This document shows, in pieces, positions 27,468 to 39,084 of a stretch of DNA of 64,000 nt. The notes beneath the pieces are model-generated. The model was given only the letters and a program-made list of their open reading frames with translations, did no database searches and had not been told where the DNA came from. A program made the position numbers and the translations under genes. The first letter of the stretch is position 1. Each line of letters begins with the position of its first letter. The stretch is taken from the NCBI GenBank assembly GCA_965221695.1, contig OZ244905.1, positions 3,456,001 to 3,520,000 of the forward strand. The letters run 5' to 3'. This DNA is from Gammaproteobacteria bacterium (GTDB lineage: Bacteria; Pseudomonadota; Gammaproteobacteria; Eutrophobiales; Eutrophobiaceae).

Positions 27468-29702
27468 TCAGAAATTCAGGCGCGCCTTCACGCCGATTTC
27501 ACGCCGGTCGGTATTCCAGAGAGCGAAGCCGATAAAGAACGGGAAGTAATTTTTTACCCTGGCGTATTCCTCGTCGGCAAGGTTGATGCCGTAAATGGCC
27601 AGCCTCCAGCGGTCATTTGGGGATCGATACTGAATTTGCGCATTGAGTAAGCCATAACCGTCCTGTCTTTCCTCCGGGTGATTTGATATCTGGCCATAAT
27701 AACCGCTACGATAAGAGTAATCGGCGCGAAATTGCAGGTCTCCACCACCCAGTGGAATATCGAGTTGCGGAGACACGCTCCATGTGTGTTTGCTGACGTA
27801 AGGCAACCTGTTCCCATCACTGAAATTGGCGTTCAGGGACGGGTCGATATCAACATCGCTGATCTCGGCATCCGTATACGCGTAACTTGCGTCTATCCTG
27901 AACATGGTTGACAGCAACGCCGCGAGTTCCACTTCAACGCCGCTGATATCGGCTTCGGCAGCATTCAAGGTGCGCGTAGTAAAGGCATCCTGGATCTGGT
28001 TAACCTGCGCCTGGTAGTCCTGGTAATCACTGGTATAAAGAGCCAGGTTGAAACGCAGGCGATTGTCCAACAACTCCGATTTCAGACCCAATTCATAGAC
28101 GTTTACGTATTCCGGATCATAGATATTGACGGAATTCGGGTTTCCGGGGCGTGCGTTAAATCCACCGCTACGAAAACCGCGCGAATACATTGCGTACAGC
28201 ATGATATCTTCGTTGACTTGCAAATCAACGCTGGCGGTGCCGGATACCGCGTCCCATGATTCGCTCAATTCGGTCGGTGGGATCCGGTAAATCAGTTCGC
28301 CGCCATCCAGCATCGCTTGCTGCGCCGGATCGCCCGCCCGCAACCTCTGGTAATACAGGTCGTAGTCTTTTTCCTCGTCTGTATAGCGAATGCCCCCGGT
28401 TACGCTGAGCATTTCATTGAAATCCAGGGTGCCTTGCGCGAACAACGCATAACTGTCCGTTTCAACCGCGCTACGGCGCTGGTCAAGACTGAAAAACACG
28501 TCATCATCCTGGAGGTTCTCGCCTTCTTCCGTGAAGTAGTATAGCCCGGCGATCCACCTGTAGGTGTCACCTTCGCCCAGAAATTGAATTTCCTGTGAAA
28601 ACTGGTCAGCGTCTCCTGTTTCGTGGTAGTAGACCAGTGTAATCGGCGCGCCGTCAAACTCAAGGTTGCCCTCATATTCCATCTCCCGGTAGGCGCTAAT
28701 CGATTTTACGGTAATGTTCTCGCTGACATTCCACTCCCATGTAGCCGCAATGCCATATGATTCTTGCTTGGTCCCCAAGTCATCCAACGAATAGTTCTTG
28801 TAACGGCTGATTTCCGTTCCCGCCGGGCAGGCGCTGTATATTCCCGGCGAAGTTTCTTCATAGCAGGGCGCTGTTCCTATCCCGGAATTGTAAAGGGTGT
28901 GCGGCACAGCGCCCTGGTTGGCGTCAAATACGTCGGCAACCAGGGAAAACTTGACAGACTCACCCTCCCAGTAGAGTTGCGCGCGGGCGCTCAGGCTGTC
29001 TTCATCACCGAGGTCGTCTCCCGTAAACACCTGTTCACCCACTCCGTCACGGTTTTTATATTGAATACTGGCCTTGATCGCCAGGTTATCACTGGCCGCG
29101 ACTTCCCCGGACACTTCCACGTTAATTCGTTCATCCTCGCCGGCGGTCACGGCGATATGACCTCCGTTTTCAAATTTTGGCTTTCTGCTGACCACATTAA
29201 CCGCGCCGCCTATAGTATTCTTGCCGAACAACGTGCCCTGAGGCCCTCGCAACACCTCTACCCGTTCGAGGTCGAGGATATCCAGGGCCGCGCCCATGTT
29301 ACGACCAACGTAAACTCCGTCAACGTACAGCCCGACTCCCGGGTCGGTCGTGATCATGTGGTCGGATTGCCCGATACCGCGTACAAATATGGCGCCGGCT
29401 TCTGCGCTGCCCATGCCGTAAGACGTGAACGACATACCGGGCGTGTACCTGCCTATATCCCGGAGATCCAGCATGTTTGCTTCCTCCATCGTCTCCTGGG
29501 AAAAAGTGGTGATGGAAATAGGCGTATCCTGCTGCGTTTCTTCACGTTTGCGCGCGGTTACTACGATCTCTTCGAGCTGCGCGGTTTGTGACCTGGCCTG
29601 AGCCGGCAATAGCGGGGGGGCGAGCGCTAAGGTAAAGAGGATAAATGTAAACGTAAACCGGTATATAAGGCGCAGGTTATTCAACTTGCCAAGCATGTTC
29701 AT
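27468..29702 (-). CDS. TonB-dependent receptor
   Basis: RBS GGAGGAG before ATG 29702; signal peptide; LEEIVVTARKREE TonB box; ERVEVLRGPQGTLFGKN plug; terminal Phe. Confidence 0.93.
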   Translation of the reverse strand: MNMLGKLNNLRLIYRFTFTFILFTLALAPPLLPAQARSQTAQLEEIVVTARKREETQQDTPISITTFSQETMEEANMLDLRDIGRYTPGMSFTSYGMGSAEAGAIFVRGIGQSDHMITTDPGVGLYVDGVYVGRNMGAALDILDLERVEVLRGPQGTLFGKNTIGGAVNVVSRKPKFENGGHIAVTAGEDERINVEVSGEVAASDNLAIKASIQYKNRDGVGEQVFTGDDLGDEDSLSARAQLYWEGESVKFSLVADVFDANQGAVPHTLYNSGIGTAPCYEETSPGIYSACPAGTEISRYKNYSLDDLGTKQESYGIAATWEWNVSENITVKSISAYREMEYEGNLEFDGAPITLVYYHETGDADQFSQEIQFLGEGDTYRWIAGLYYFTEEGENLQDDDVFFSLDQRRSAVETDSYALFAQGTLDFNEMLSVTGGIRYTDEEKDYDLYYQRLRAGDPAQQAMLDGGELIYRIPPTELSESWDAVSGTASVDLQVNEDIMLYAMYSRGFRSGGFNARPGNPNSVNIYDPEYVNVYELGLKSELLDNRLRFNLALYTSDYQDYQAQVNQIQDAFTTRTLNAAEADISGVEVELAALLSTMFRIDASYAYTDAEISDVDIDPSLNANFSDGNRLPYVSKHTWSVSPQLDIPLGGGDLQFRADYSYRSGYYGQISNHPEERQDGYGLLNAQIQYRSPNDRWRLAIYGINLADEEYARVKNYFPFFIGFALWNTDRREIGVKARLNF

Positions 29703-29788
29703 ACTATCTCCTCCCACATCTCGGTAAAATTTCACTTACCATTGCCGCAGTCTGCGCATCGCATCATTGCGGCATCTACCGGCTGGAT

Positions 29789-29804
29789 TGTATAATATTA
29801 TACA
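29789..29804. promoter_or_regulatory. Perfect 16-bp palindrome upstream of the TonB receptor (candidate operator)
   Basis: TGTATAATATTATACA. Confidence 0.55.
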
Positions 29805-29827
29805 CTATTGTCAAACTATTTTGTCAA
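29799..29827. promoter_or_regulatory. Tandem TTGTCAA half-sites (candidate TetR operator)
   Basis: TATACAC-TA-TTGTCAA and CAAACTA-TT-TTGTCAA; same right half as the 32441 palindrome. Confidence 0.5.
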
Positions 29828-29899
29828 TTATTTTACCTGAGAACATGTTTCGCAAGATAGGTTTCGGCGCCGTAAACCATAGGTACGATACTTCGCATT

Positions 29900-31522
29900 C
29901 TATTCATCAAGGATAAGTGCGCTGGCTTTTTCTGCGATCATTATGGCCGGCGCATTTGTGTTGCCACGGGTAATTACAGGCATAATTGATGCATCCGCGA
30001 CCCGCAAGCCTTGTACCCCATGCACCCGCAATTGTGCGTCCACTACCGCCTGATCATCAATGCCCATCTTGCAGGACCCGACCGGGTGCAAGGTAGTCAT
30101 AGCGGCATCTCTCAACCACACCCTCAATTCTTCATCTGTCCTGTAGCGCGGACCCGGCGCCAGTTCTCTCCCCCTGATCCCGTGGAATGCCTTGCGCGCA
30201 ATAACCTCACGCATCAGTTGCACTCCGGCAATCGTGTTCTCGATATCTTGCTGAGCTTCCAGATAATTGGCGTAAATCAGAGGGGCGTCTGCGGCATCAT
30301 TGGAACGCAAAGCGATCCGTCCCCGGCTGCACGGGGTCACCGGGCCAATTCTGATCGTCAGACCATGACAGGCAGGGACATCCTCGCTACGGAAAAATGG
30401 CAATGACCAGTGCAGGTTCGCGCTGTCTTCGGTGGCAGGCATGAAATGGGTCTGGATATCCGGCGCTTCCAGGTCGGCGGAAGACTTGATGAATGACCCT
30501 GCTTCGTAGGGAAACGTCGTGACAAAGCCGGATCCAAACAGGGTGGCTTGAATTATCCCAAGAGTAACCTTGTCGATACGCAGGTCATTTCGCAACGACA
30601 GCGGCTGGTTTAATTCGTATACCAGGCAACAATCCACATGGTCTTGCATGTTTTTTCCCACACCTGGCAGGTGATGGATTACCGGAACGCCGTGTTGCTC
30701 CAATTCACCGGCGTCACCGATTCCCGACAACATCAGCAATTGCGGAGAATTAATCACACCGGCGGCCAGTACGATCTCTTTTTTTGCCCTGGCGAATACC
30801 ACCTTATTACCCAACCGGTATTCAACCCCGTTGGCGCGCTCCCCCGAAAATACGATGCGTTGTGTCAATGCGCCGGTTTCTACTTCCAGGTTCGCGCGCC
30901 GCGCTGCCGGCCGGAGGAACGCGGTTGCCGCGCTACAGCGTCTGCCACGTCTGATCGTGAAATCATAACGGCCAAATCCCTCCTGAGTTTCCCCGTTGAA
31001 ATCATCGGTATAGGAATAACCGGCCTGTTGGCCTGCCTCGATAAATGTGTCGAACAAAGCATTATCACCGCGAGCGCGACATACCGTCAGTTCCCCGTCG
31101 CGGCCATGGTAACTGTCATGCCTATCAATATGTCCCTCCGAGCGCTTGAAAAAGGGTAGTACGCTGTCATAAGACCAGCCCGGCAACCCCAGCCGCTCCC
31201 AACCGTCGTAATCCGCGGGATTGCCGCGGACATAAATCATGCCGTTTATCGTTGAACTGCCGCCTAATACTTTACCCCGCGGCCAGTATATTTTACGCCC
31301 GTTGAGGTGGGGTTCTTCTTCGGTGTGGTAGCGCCAGTTATAGATGCCCGAATGCATCAGCTTGCCCATCAGCATAGGCAAGCGAAACAGGTAATTGGTA
31401 TCCCGCCCACCCGCTTCAAGCAACAGCGTCCGGTGTTTCGGGTTTGCCGAAAGTCGGTTTGCCAGCACGCAACCTGCGGAACCGGCGCCGACGACTATAT
31501 AATCAAACTCTCTGGACATCAC
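29900..31522 (-). CDS. GMC oxidoreductase (choline dehydrogenase-like, substrate unknown)
   Basis: GAGSAGC, RGKVLGGSSTING, SPQLLMLSGIG, LHPVGSC His and GNTNA Asn, LRVADAS. Confidence 0.92.
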   Translation of the reverse strand: MMSREFDYIVVGAGSAGCVLANRLSANPKHRTLLLEAGGRDTNYLFRLPMLMGKLMHSGIYNWRYHTEEEPHLNGRKIYWPRGKVLGGSSTINGMIYVRGNPADYDGWERLGLPGWSYDSVLPFFKRSEGHIDRHDSYHGRDGELTVCRARGDNALFDTFIEAGQQAGYSYTDDFNGETQEGFGRYDFTIRRGRRCSAATAFLRPAARRANLEVETGALTQRIVFSGERANGVEYRLGNKVVFARAKKEIVLAAGVINSPQLLMLSGIGDAGELEQHGVPVIHHLPGVGKNMQDHVDCCLVYELNQPLSLRNDLRIDKVTLGIIQATLFGSGFVTTFPYEAGSFIKSSADLEAPDIQTHFMPATEDSANLHWSLPFFRSEDVPACHGLTIRIGPVTPCSRGRIALRSNDAADAPLIYANYLEAQQDIENTIAGVQLMREVIARKAFHGIRGRELAPGPRYRTDEELRVWLRDAAMTTLHPVGSCKMGIDDQAVVDAQLRVHGVQGLRVADASIMPVITRGNTNAPAIMIAEKASALILDE

Positions 31523-31531
31523 TGTTTTTTC

Positions 31532-32392
31532 TTACCATTCGATTGGTTGTGCGTTCATTGCGGCCAGCTTGTCATTACAAAGCTGAAACGGGTTAGGGTG
31601 ACGTAAAAATGCATCCCCCTCTGCCGGGTGGGGTAAAGCCACAATTCCCGGGTGATTGTGGAGTTCGGCCTCTGACACAATACCGCCGGTTAGCGCGACC
31701 TCTCGCGCCGCGTCGCCGAACAGGAGCACAACGACCGGCTGCGACGGTCGATTGGAAAAGTAGGTGAGCAAGCGCGTGATTAACGGCCGCCAAAGTGGCA
31801 GGTGGCCACGCAGTTGATGGGGGTCGCCTGATACAGAAAACCGGGTCAGGGTGAGACTCGCGTTCAGCATCAGGACTCCCTGTTTCACCCAGCCCTGTAC
31901 CAGCCGATCGGGCGCCGGAAAGTCAGAGTCCGGACCACCAATGGCGCGCAGCACATCCGGCCAGCGCTCGGTCCCTTCGGCGTAACGCGGTTCCCCCGTG
32001 CGAAAAGCATACACGAACTGCATCAGGCTTCTGACACTACATGAAAACATTTTCTCCAATTCGTTCCAGTAACGGCAGTCGCCCGCTTCAAATGCCCGGC
32101 CAGTGGAGAAACTGATGCTGGGATAAGGGTCTTGTCCCACCACCACACATCGCACCCGGTCCGGCGACAATCCGTCAAACGCCCGGAACATATGCGCGTT
32201 GGGCGGTTCTCCGGGTAATACAAATCCCTTGCGTGTCGGAAAAATCGGTTCCCAGGAATGTAATTCCAGCCGCTCATCCACCTGGTCAAAGGCGAGTTCA
32301 GCGCCATCCAGCGCCTGTTGCCATTCAGGTGAAAGATCGGCGCGCCAGTCGCGCAACAACTCGCACAAAGCCACCTTGAGAGGTATCGCCAT
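31532..32392 (-). CDS. Atypical uracil-DNA glycosylase family-1-like protein
   Basis: VVVGQDPYP, TGRAF, WVKQGVLMLNASLT, LLFG, LPHP, NPF..CN.KL and terminal PIEW; HPSPLS replaced by HPAEGD. Confidence 0.8.
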   Translation of the reverse strand: MAIPLKVALCELLRDWRADLSPEWQQALDGAELAFDQVDERLELHSWEPIFPTRKGFVLPGEPPNAHMFRAFDGLSPDRVRCVVVGQDPYPSISFSTGRAFEAGDCRYWNELEKMFSCSVRSLMQFVYAFRTGEPRYAEGTERWPDVLRAIGGPDSDFPAPDRLVQGWVKQGVLMLNASLTLTRFSVSGDPHQLRGHLPLWRPLITRLLTYFSNRPSQPVVVLLFGDAAREVALTGGIVSEAELHNHPGIVALPHPAEGDAFLRHPNPFQLCNDKLAAMNAQPIEW

Positions 32393-32440
32393 CGTTAATC
32401 TCCATTTGCAAAGCCAGAACGCTGTTAACTATATGTAGAC

Positions 32441-32456
32441 TTGACATCTTTGTCAA
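32441..32456. promoter_or_regulatory. RutR-like operator palindrome upstream of the UDG-GMC genes
   Basis: TTGACATCTTTGTCAA (TTGACA-N4-TGTCAA); compare the E. coli RutR box TTGACCAnnTGGTCAA. Confidence 0.65.
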
Positions 32457-32527
32457 AATATAGTTTTGCGCTTAGAAGGTTCGCTATCAGTCGGTCCGGA
32501 ACCGGTGTGGCGATATGACGCTGGAAT

Positions 32528-33145
32528 TTACTCGAATCCGCAACCCTTGAGGATGATGTGGGTAATGGTATCCACACCCAGGGCGAAGTGCACGCGCGTC
32601 AGGCGCTTTACCCCGAGTATGTTTTTAATCTGTTGCTCGAAATCTGCGTAATACTGCGTTGATCCCCAGATAAGAAAAAAGAAATGGCGCGGGTCCAAGT
32701 GGTCCATCCTGCCCTCGTTCATCCAACGTTCCAGCACTTCACATTTTTCATCCGTTAGTTTCCTGATTTCCTCGTTTTCCTCCTCTGTCAATATGCCTGA
32801 ACCCCTGATCACCTCATCGGCAAAAATCTTTGAAGCGGCCGGGTGCTTCATGGAATATTCTATCTTGGCGCGAATATATTTCCTGATGACCTCTTTGGGT
32901 TCTCCATCCGCCGTAATCTGTCCTAACGCATTAATCCATTCAGTGCGCAAGTCATTGATGATGCGGCGGTAGATGTGATTTCTTGAAGGGAAATAGTAGT
33001 ACAGGTTTGGCCGGGGAATATCGACAGCCTTGGCAATATCCTCCATTCGGGTGCCCTGAAACCCATGGGTCACCACGAGTTTTGCTGTTGCGCGCAAGAT
33101 TCTAGCTTCCTTGTATTGGCGTAGTTTCGATGATTTTGGTTTCAT
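32528..33145 (-). CDS. TetR family regulator, RutR-like
   Basis: HTH with RPNLYYYF; SKIFADEVIRG, DPRHFFFLIWGSTQYYADF. Confidence 0.88.
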   Translation of the reverse strand: MKPKSSKLRQYKEARILRATAKLVVTHGFQGTRMEDIAKAVDIPRPNLYYYFPSRNHIYRRIINDLRTEWINALGQITADGEPKEVIRKYIRAKIEYSMKHPAASKIFADEVIRGSGILTEEENEEIRKLTDEKCEVLERWMNEGRMDHLDPRHFFFLIWGSTQYYADFEQQIKNILGVKRLTRVHFALGVDTITHIILKGCGFE

Positions 33146-33300
33146 CTTTTGTTGATGCCCGCCGTTGAAATCAGGGGACCTCCTGGTTCATCTCTGTGCA
33201 AGGTCTTCAGCGTCGCTATTCTATTTCGTATTGTGTGTCATTTCAATAGCCATATTTTCATAACTTTTTGATTTGGATAGAATAATAATGCCGAATAGTT

Positions 33301-33316
33301 TTTACCATAAGATAAA
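33301..33316. promoter_or_regulatory. RutR-like operator
   Basis: TTTACCA-TA-AGATAAA in the divergent TetR/NIPSNAP region; its reverse complement nearly equals the 38993 site. Confidence 0.6.
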
Positions 33317-33423
33317 AATATGATTGACTGAGAAAGAAATATCTGTCTACAATGGCGACTGTCCGAAAGCGCGGCTGCATATCGTAATATCGTAGAAACA
33401 GGACACTTGCGGAGAAAACGTCA

Positions 33424-33744
33424 ATGGTTATTGATCATCGCACCTATACGTTCCGTCCCGGCACATTGAAACAGTGGCTGGAGAAGTACGAAACTGAAGG
33501 CTTGCCGATTCAAAAAAAACACTTGGGGGAATTTCTGGGTTTGTTTACCACAGAAGTGGGCAACCTGCACCAGGTCGTTTTTATGTGGGGATATGAAAGT
33601 ATGGGAGACCGGGAACGACGCCGCGCCGAAATGGAGACCGATCCGGAATGGCAAAATTTTATCGAAGAAGTCTGGTCCCTGGGAATCATCCAGGCGCAGG
33701 AAATAAAATTTCTCAAACCAGCTTCATTTTCTCCCATCAAGTAA
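33424..33744 (+). CDS. NIPSNAP family protein
   Basis: HRTYTFRPG, G.F.TEVG.LHQVVFMW.Y, RERRR, DPEW, FSP. Confidence 0.9.
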   Translation: MVIDHRTYTFRPGTLKQWLEKYETEGLPIQKKHLGEFLGLFTTEVGNLHQVVFMWGYESMGDRERRRAEMETDPEWQNFIEEVWSLGIIQAQEIKFLKPASFSPIK

Positions 33745-33857
33745 ATTGAGATGACGTTGTTCCAGGCTTGTACCACGCGTATGCAGTCGGCCGTTAAGCG
33801 TTTTCGCCGCTTCGACCACAGTCATCATCAGCGTATGACAGGGCAATTTACGATTAA

Positions 33858-33948
33858 GAAACCTCTGATTAAGTCAGAGAGCAAAACAAAATCGCATTTT
33901 TATTTTGCGTGCTCTGACAAGTCCAGGATGGACTTGTTCAGAGATTCT
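33858..33948 (+). mobile_element. IS5-like MITE, 91-bp variant
   Basis: GAAACCTCTGATTAAGTC...GACTTGTTCAGAGATTCT with TTAA on both sides. Confidence 0.85.
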
Positions 33949-33969
33949 TTAAAATAAGAGGCGCACCAG

Positions 33970-34980
33970 GTGGATTTCGGCATTTGTTTTAAAGGCAACG
34001 TCAGCCCTGAAAGAGCGCGTTACCTGGTTCGCCAGGCGGAAACGGGCGGATTTTCCTATTGCTGGTTTTATGACTCACATATTCTGTGGCGCGATTGTTA
34101 TGCTGCTATCGCCTTGTGTATGGAGCATACGAAAACCATGCGTTTCGGCCCATGCGTCACTAATCCGGACGTCAGAGATTGGTCCGTCGCAGCCAGCATG
34201 TTTGCCGGCCTGGCTCTTCAAAGTAACGGGCGTTTCGATATTGGTGTGGGGCGAGGCGACAGTTCCCTGCGGGTAATGGGTAAGAAACCCGCCAGCCTTG
34301 CGCGCGTTGCCGAATTCACGGAAAAAGTCAAAGCCATGGTCCGGGGTGAACAGGTGACTTATGCGGCATGCGCGGAACCTGTCCGGTTCACCTGGTCCGC
34401 AGGTCATGATCTGCCCGTATGGATCGCCGCCTACGGCCCCAAGGCGCTGGCCACAGCAGGCAGACACGGCGACGGCGTCATCCTGCAGATTGCAGAGCCG
34501 ACCCTGGTCGCCTGGTTTGTCGAGCAGTGCCGTCGTGCCGGTAAGGCTGCCGGACGGGACATGTCGGATTTCAGGGTAATGTCTGCAGCGCCGGCGTATT
34601 TTGGCTCATCCGACGAATGTATTGCAGCGACGAGATGGTTCCCGGCAATGGTCGGCAACCACATCGCCGACATCGTTGAGAAATATGGCGCCGATACGAC
34701 AGAAGTACCGAAAAGTCTCACTGCCTATATTGAGAAACGGCGCGGTTATGACTATAAAAAACACGGTCGGAGCGACAACCCATACCTGGATTTTATTACC
34801 CCTGAGATTGTCACAAGTTTCAGTGTGTTAGGCAGTCCGGCCGACCATATCGCCAAATTGAAAGCGCTGGAAAAGACGGGGGTAACGCAATTCAATATCT
34901 ACCTGGACAACGGCAAAGAAGAGCAAATCATTGCCAACTACGCAGAAGCCGTAATTCCGGCGTTTATCAGCCAGGGTTGA
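33970..34980 (+). CDS. LLM-class putative F420-dependent oxidoreductase (TIGR03842/CPS_4043-like)
   Basis: WFYDSHILW, GPCVTNP..RDW, GVGRGDS, WIAAYGPKAL, RWFPAMVGNH, GYDY..H, GVTQFNIYL. Confidence 0.85.
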   Translation: MDFGICFKGNVSPERARYLVRQAETGGFSYCWFYDSHILWRDCYAAIALCMEHTKTMRFGPCVTNPDVRDWSVAASMFAGLALQSNGRFDIGVGRGDSSLRVMGKKPASLARVAEFTEKVKAMVRGEQVTYAACAEPVRFTWSAGHDLPVWIAAYGPKALATAGRHGDGVILQIAEPTLVAWFVEQCRRAGKAAGRDMSDFRVMSAAPAYFGSSDECIAATRWFPAMVGNHIADIVEKYGADTTEVPKSLTAYIEKRRGYDYKKHGRSDNPYLDFITPEIVTSFSVLGSPADHIAKLKALEKTGVTQFNIYLDNGKEEQIIANYAEAVIPAFISQG

Positions 34981-35016
34981 GCTATCTCTCCCGGCAATGA
35001 TCACACTATTGTGTTG

Positions 35017-36558
35017 TTATCGAGTACTCGGAAAAGAAAACTGTGTTTCCTCGACAAGATCTGTTGGCCAGCGTTGGCTGATAGTCTTGCGGCGCGTATA
35101 AAACCGGACTGAATCAGGGCCGTAGGCGCTTAGGTCGCCGAACAGGGAGCGTTTCCAGCCGCCGAAGCTGTGACTGGCTACCGGCACCGGCAGCGGTACG
35201 TTAACGCCGACCATGCCAACCTTGATATTGTCGGTGAAGCGTCGGGCGCTGCCACCGTCACGGGTAAATATACATGTGCCGTTGCCGTATTCGTGTTCAT
35301 CGATGAGTCGCATTGCTTCCTGCAGGCTTGACACACGCAACACGCATAACACGGGACCGAAGATTTCCTCGCGGTAAATGCGCATGGCCGGCGTGACCCG
35401 GTCAAACAGGCAGCCGCCCAGGAAGAAGCCGTCCGGCTGGCGCTGAACAGTCATTTCACGCCCGTCCACGACCAACTGCGCGCCTTCGGCCACGCCCGCG
35501 TCAACATAGCTGCGTACTTTTTCATAGTGCGGTTTACTGATCAGAGGCCCCATCTCATTATCGCTTTCTGTGCCGGGGCCTACTTTCAGAGCAGAGACCT
35601 TTGAGGCCAGCTTGTTGACCACTTCATCGGCAACGGCGTCGCCCACACACAATACTGCTGAGATAGCCATGCAACGTTCGCCACAGGAACCATAGGCGGC
35701 GCCCATCAGCGCATTCACGGCATTGTCCAAATCCGCATCCGGCATGATCACGGCATGATTTTTCGCTCCCCCCAGCGCTTGCACCCGTTTGCCGTTTGCT
35801 GTGCCGGTCCGGTAAACGTATTCAGCGATGGGCGTAGAGCCGACAAAACTGACCGCTTGTATCCTGGGGTCTGCCAGTAGGATATCCACGGCTTCTTTGT
35901 CCCCGTGCACCACGTTGAAGACACCGTCCGGCGCCCCGGCTTCCTGGAGCAGTTCGGCGATACGGGTCGGCGCGCTGGGGTCTTTTTCCGATGGTTTCAA
36001 TACAAAGGTATTGCCGCAAATAAGCGCCATGGGATACATCCATAAAGGCACCATGGCGGGGAAATTGAAAGGGGTGATCCCGGCGACCACCCCCAGCGGT
36101 TGAAATTCCGACCAACTGTCAATGCCGGGCCCAACATCTTTGCTATGTTCTCCTTTTAACAGTTCAGGCGCGCCGCATGCGTATTCAACCACCTCTATGC
36201 CCCGGGTCAACTCGCCGCGGGCGTCATCCAGGACTTTGCCATGTTCTTCAGTCAACAGTCCGACAATTTCATCAGTATGCTGTTCCAACAGGTTCTTGAA
36301 ACGAAACATGATGCGCGCGCGTTTCACTGGAGGAGTCCGGCGCCAGCCGGGATACGCGGCAGCCGCAGCGGCAATGGCTTTTTCCACCGTTGCTTTGCCG
36401 GCCAACGCCACTTGGCGTGTAATTTGACCAGTCGCGGGATTATAGACCGGCAAGGCGCGCTCATCAGTACCGCTGACTAACCTGCCGTTGATGTAGTGGC
36501 ACACAAGGTCGTCGCGGTCATGCCGGCTTTGAAGGGCTTGTACTGAACTCATTGTCAT
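35017..36558 (-). CDS. mmsA: CoA-acylating (methyl)malonate-semialdehyde dehydrogenase
   Basis: ITPFNFPAMVP, KPSEKDP, GGAKNH, GERCMA, EEIFGP, FGGWK.SLFGD. Confidence 0.93.
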   Translation of the reverse strand: MTMSSVQALQSRHDRDDLVCHYINGRLVSGTDERALPVYNPATGQITRQVALAGKATVEKAIAAAAAAYPGWRRTPPVKRARIMFRFKNLLEQHTDEIVGLLTEEHGKVLDDARGELTRGIEVVEYACGAPELLKGEHSKDVGPGIDSWSEFQPLGVVAGITPFNFPAMVPLWMYPMALICGNTFVLKPSEKDPSAPTRIAELLQEAGAPDGVFNVVHGDKEAVDILLADPRIQAVSFVGSTPIAEYVYRTGTANGKRVQALGGAKNHAVIMPDADLDNAVNALMGAAYGSCGERCMAISAVLCVGDAVADEVVNKLASKVSALKVGPGTESDNEMGPLISKPHYEKVRSYVDAGVAEGAQLVVDGREMTVQRQPDGFFLGGCLFDRVTPAMRIYREEIFGPVLCVLRVSSLQEAMRLIDEHEYGNGTCIFTRDGGSARRFTDNIKVGMVGVNVPLPVPVASHSFGGWKRSLFGDLSAYGPDSVRFYTRRKTISQRWPTDLVEETQFSFPSTR

Positions 36559-36568
36559 TCTCTTTACT

Positions 36569-38918
<2,350 letters not shown>

Positions 38919-38992
38919 GGATCGCTTACTTCCACTTATATTAAAGCGTCTGATAAATTATAATAATAAATCTTATTCCAGGCAATAAATAT

Positions 38993-39008
38993 TTTATCTT
39001 TTGGTCAA
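38993..39008. promoter_or_regulatory. RutR-like operator
   Basis: TTTATCT-TT-TGGTCAA between the divergent ureidopropionase and TetR genes. Confidence 0.65.
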
Positions 39009-39018
39009 ATAAAGTCAA

Positions 39019-39043
39019 GGGAACCGATTGAGTCAGAGCTTTC
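39019..39043 (+). mobile_element. Degenerate minimal MITE copy
   Basis: GGGAACCGATTGAGTCAGAGCTTTC. Confidence 0.55.
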
Positions 39044-39084
39044 ATAACATCATCAACCATAAAATCATCACAAGAACATCCATT

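Noticed and set aside
29900-31522. betA choline dehydrogenase
   Set aside because: Only general GMC motifs are visible and there is no betB or betI nearby.
31532-32392. Canonical repair gene ung
   Set aside because: The HPSPLS and Pro-rich loops are altered and the context is catabolic, so the symbol was withheld; repair activity is not excluded.
33751-33957. 68-aa ORF between NIPSNAP and the LLM gene
   Set aside because: Nearly half of it is MITE sequence and it has no recognisable motif.
39028-39084. N-terminal extension of the RutR-like protein from TTG 39028
   Set aside because: The TTG lies inside a MITE relic; ATG 39085 or later is more plausible.
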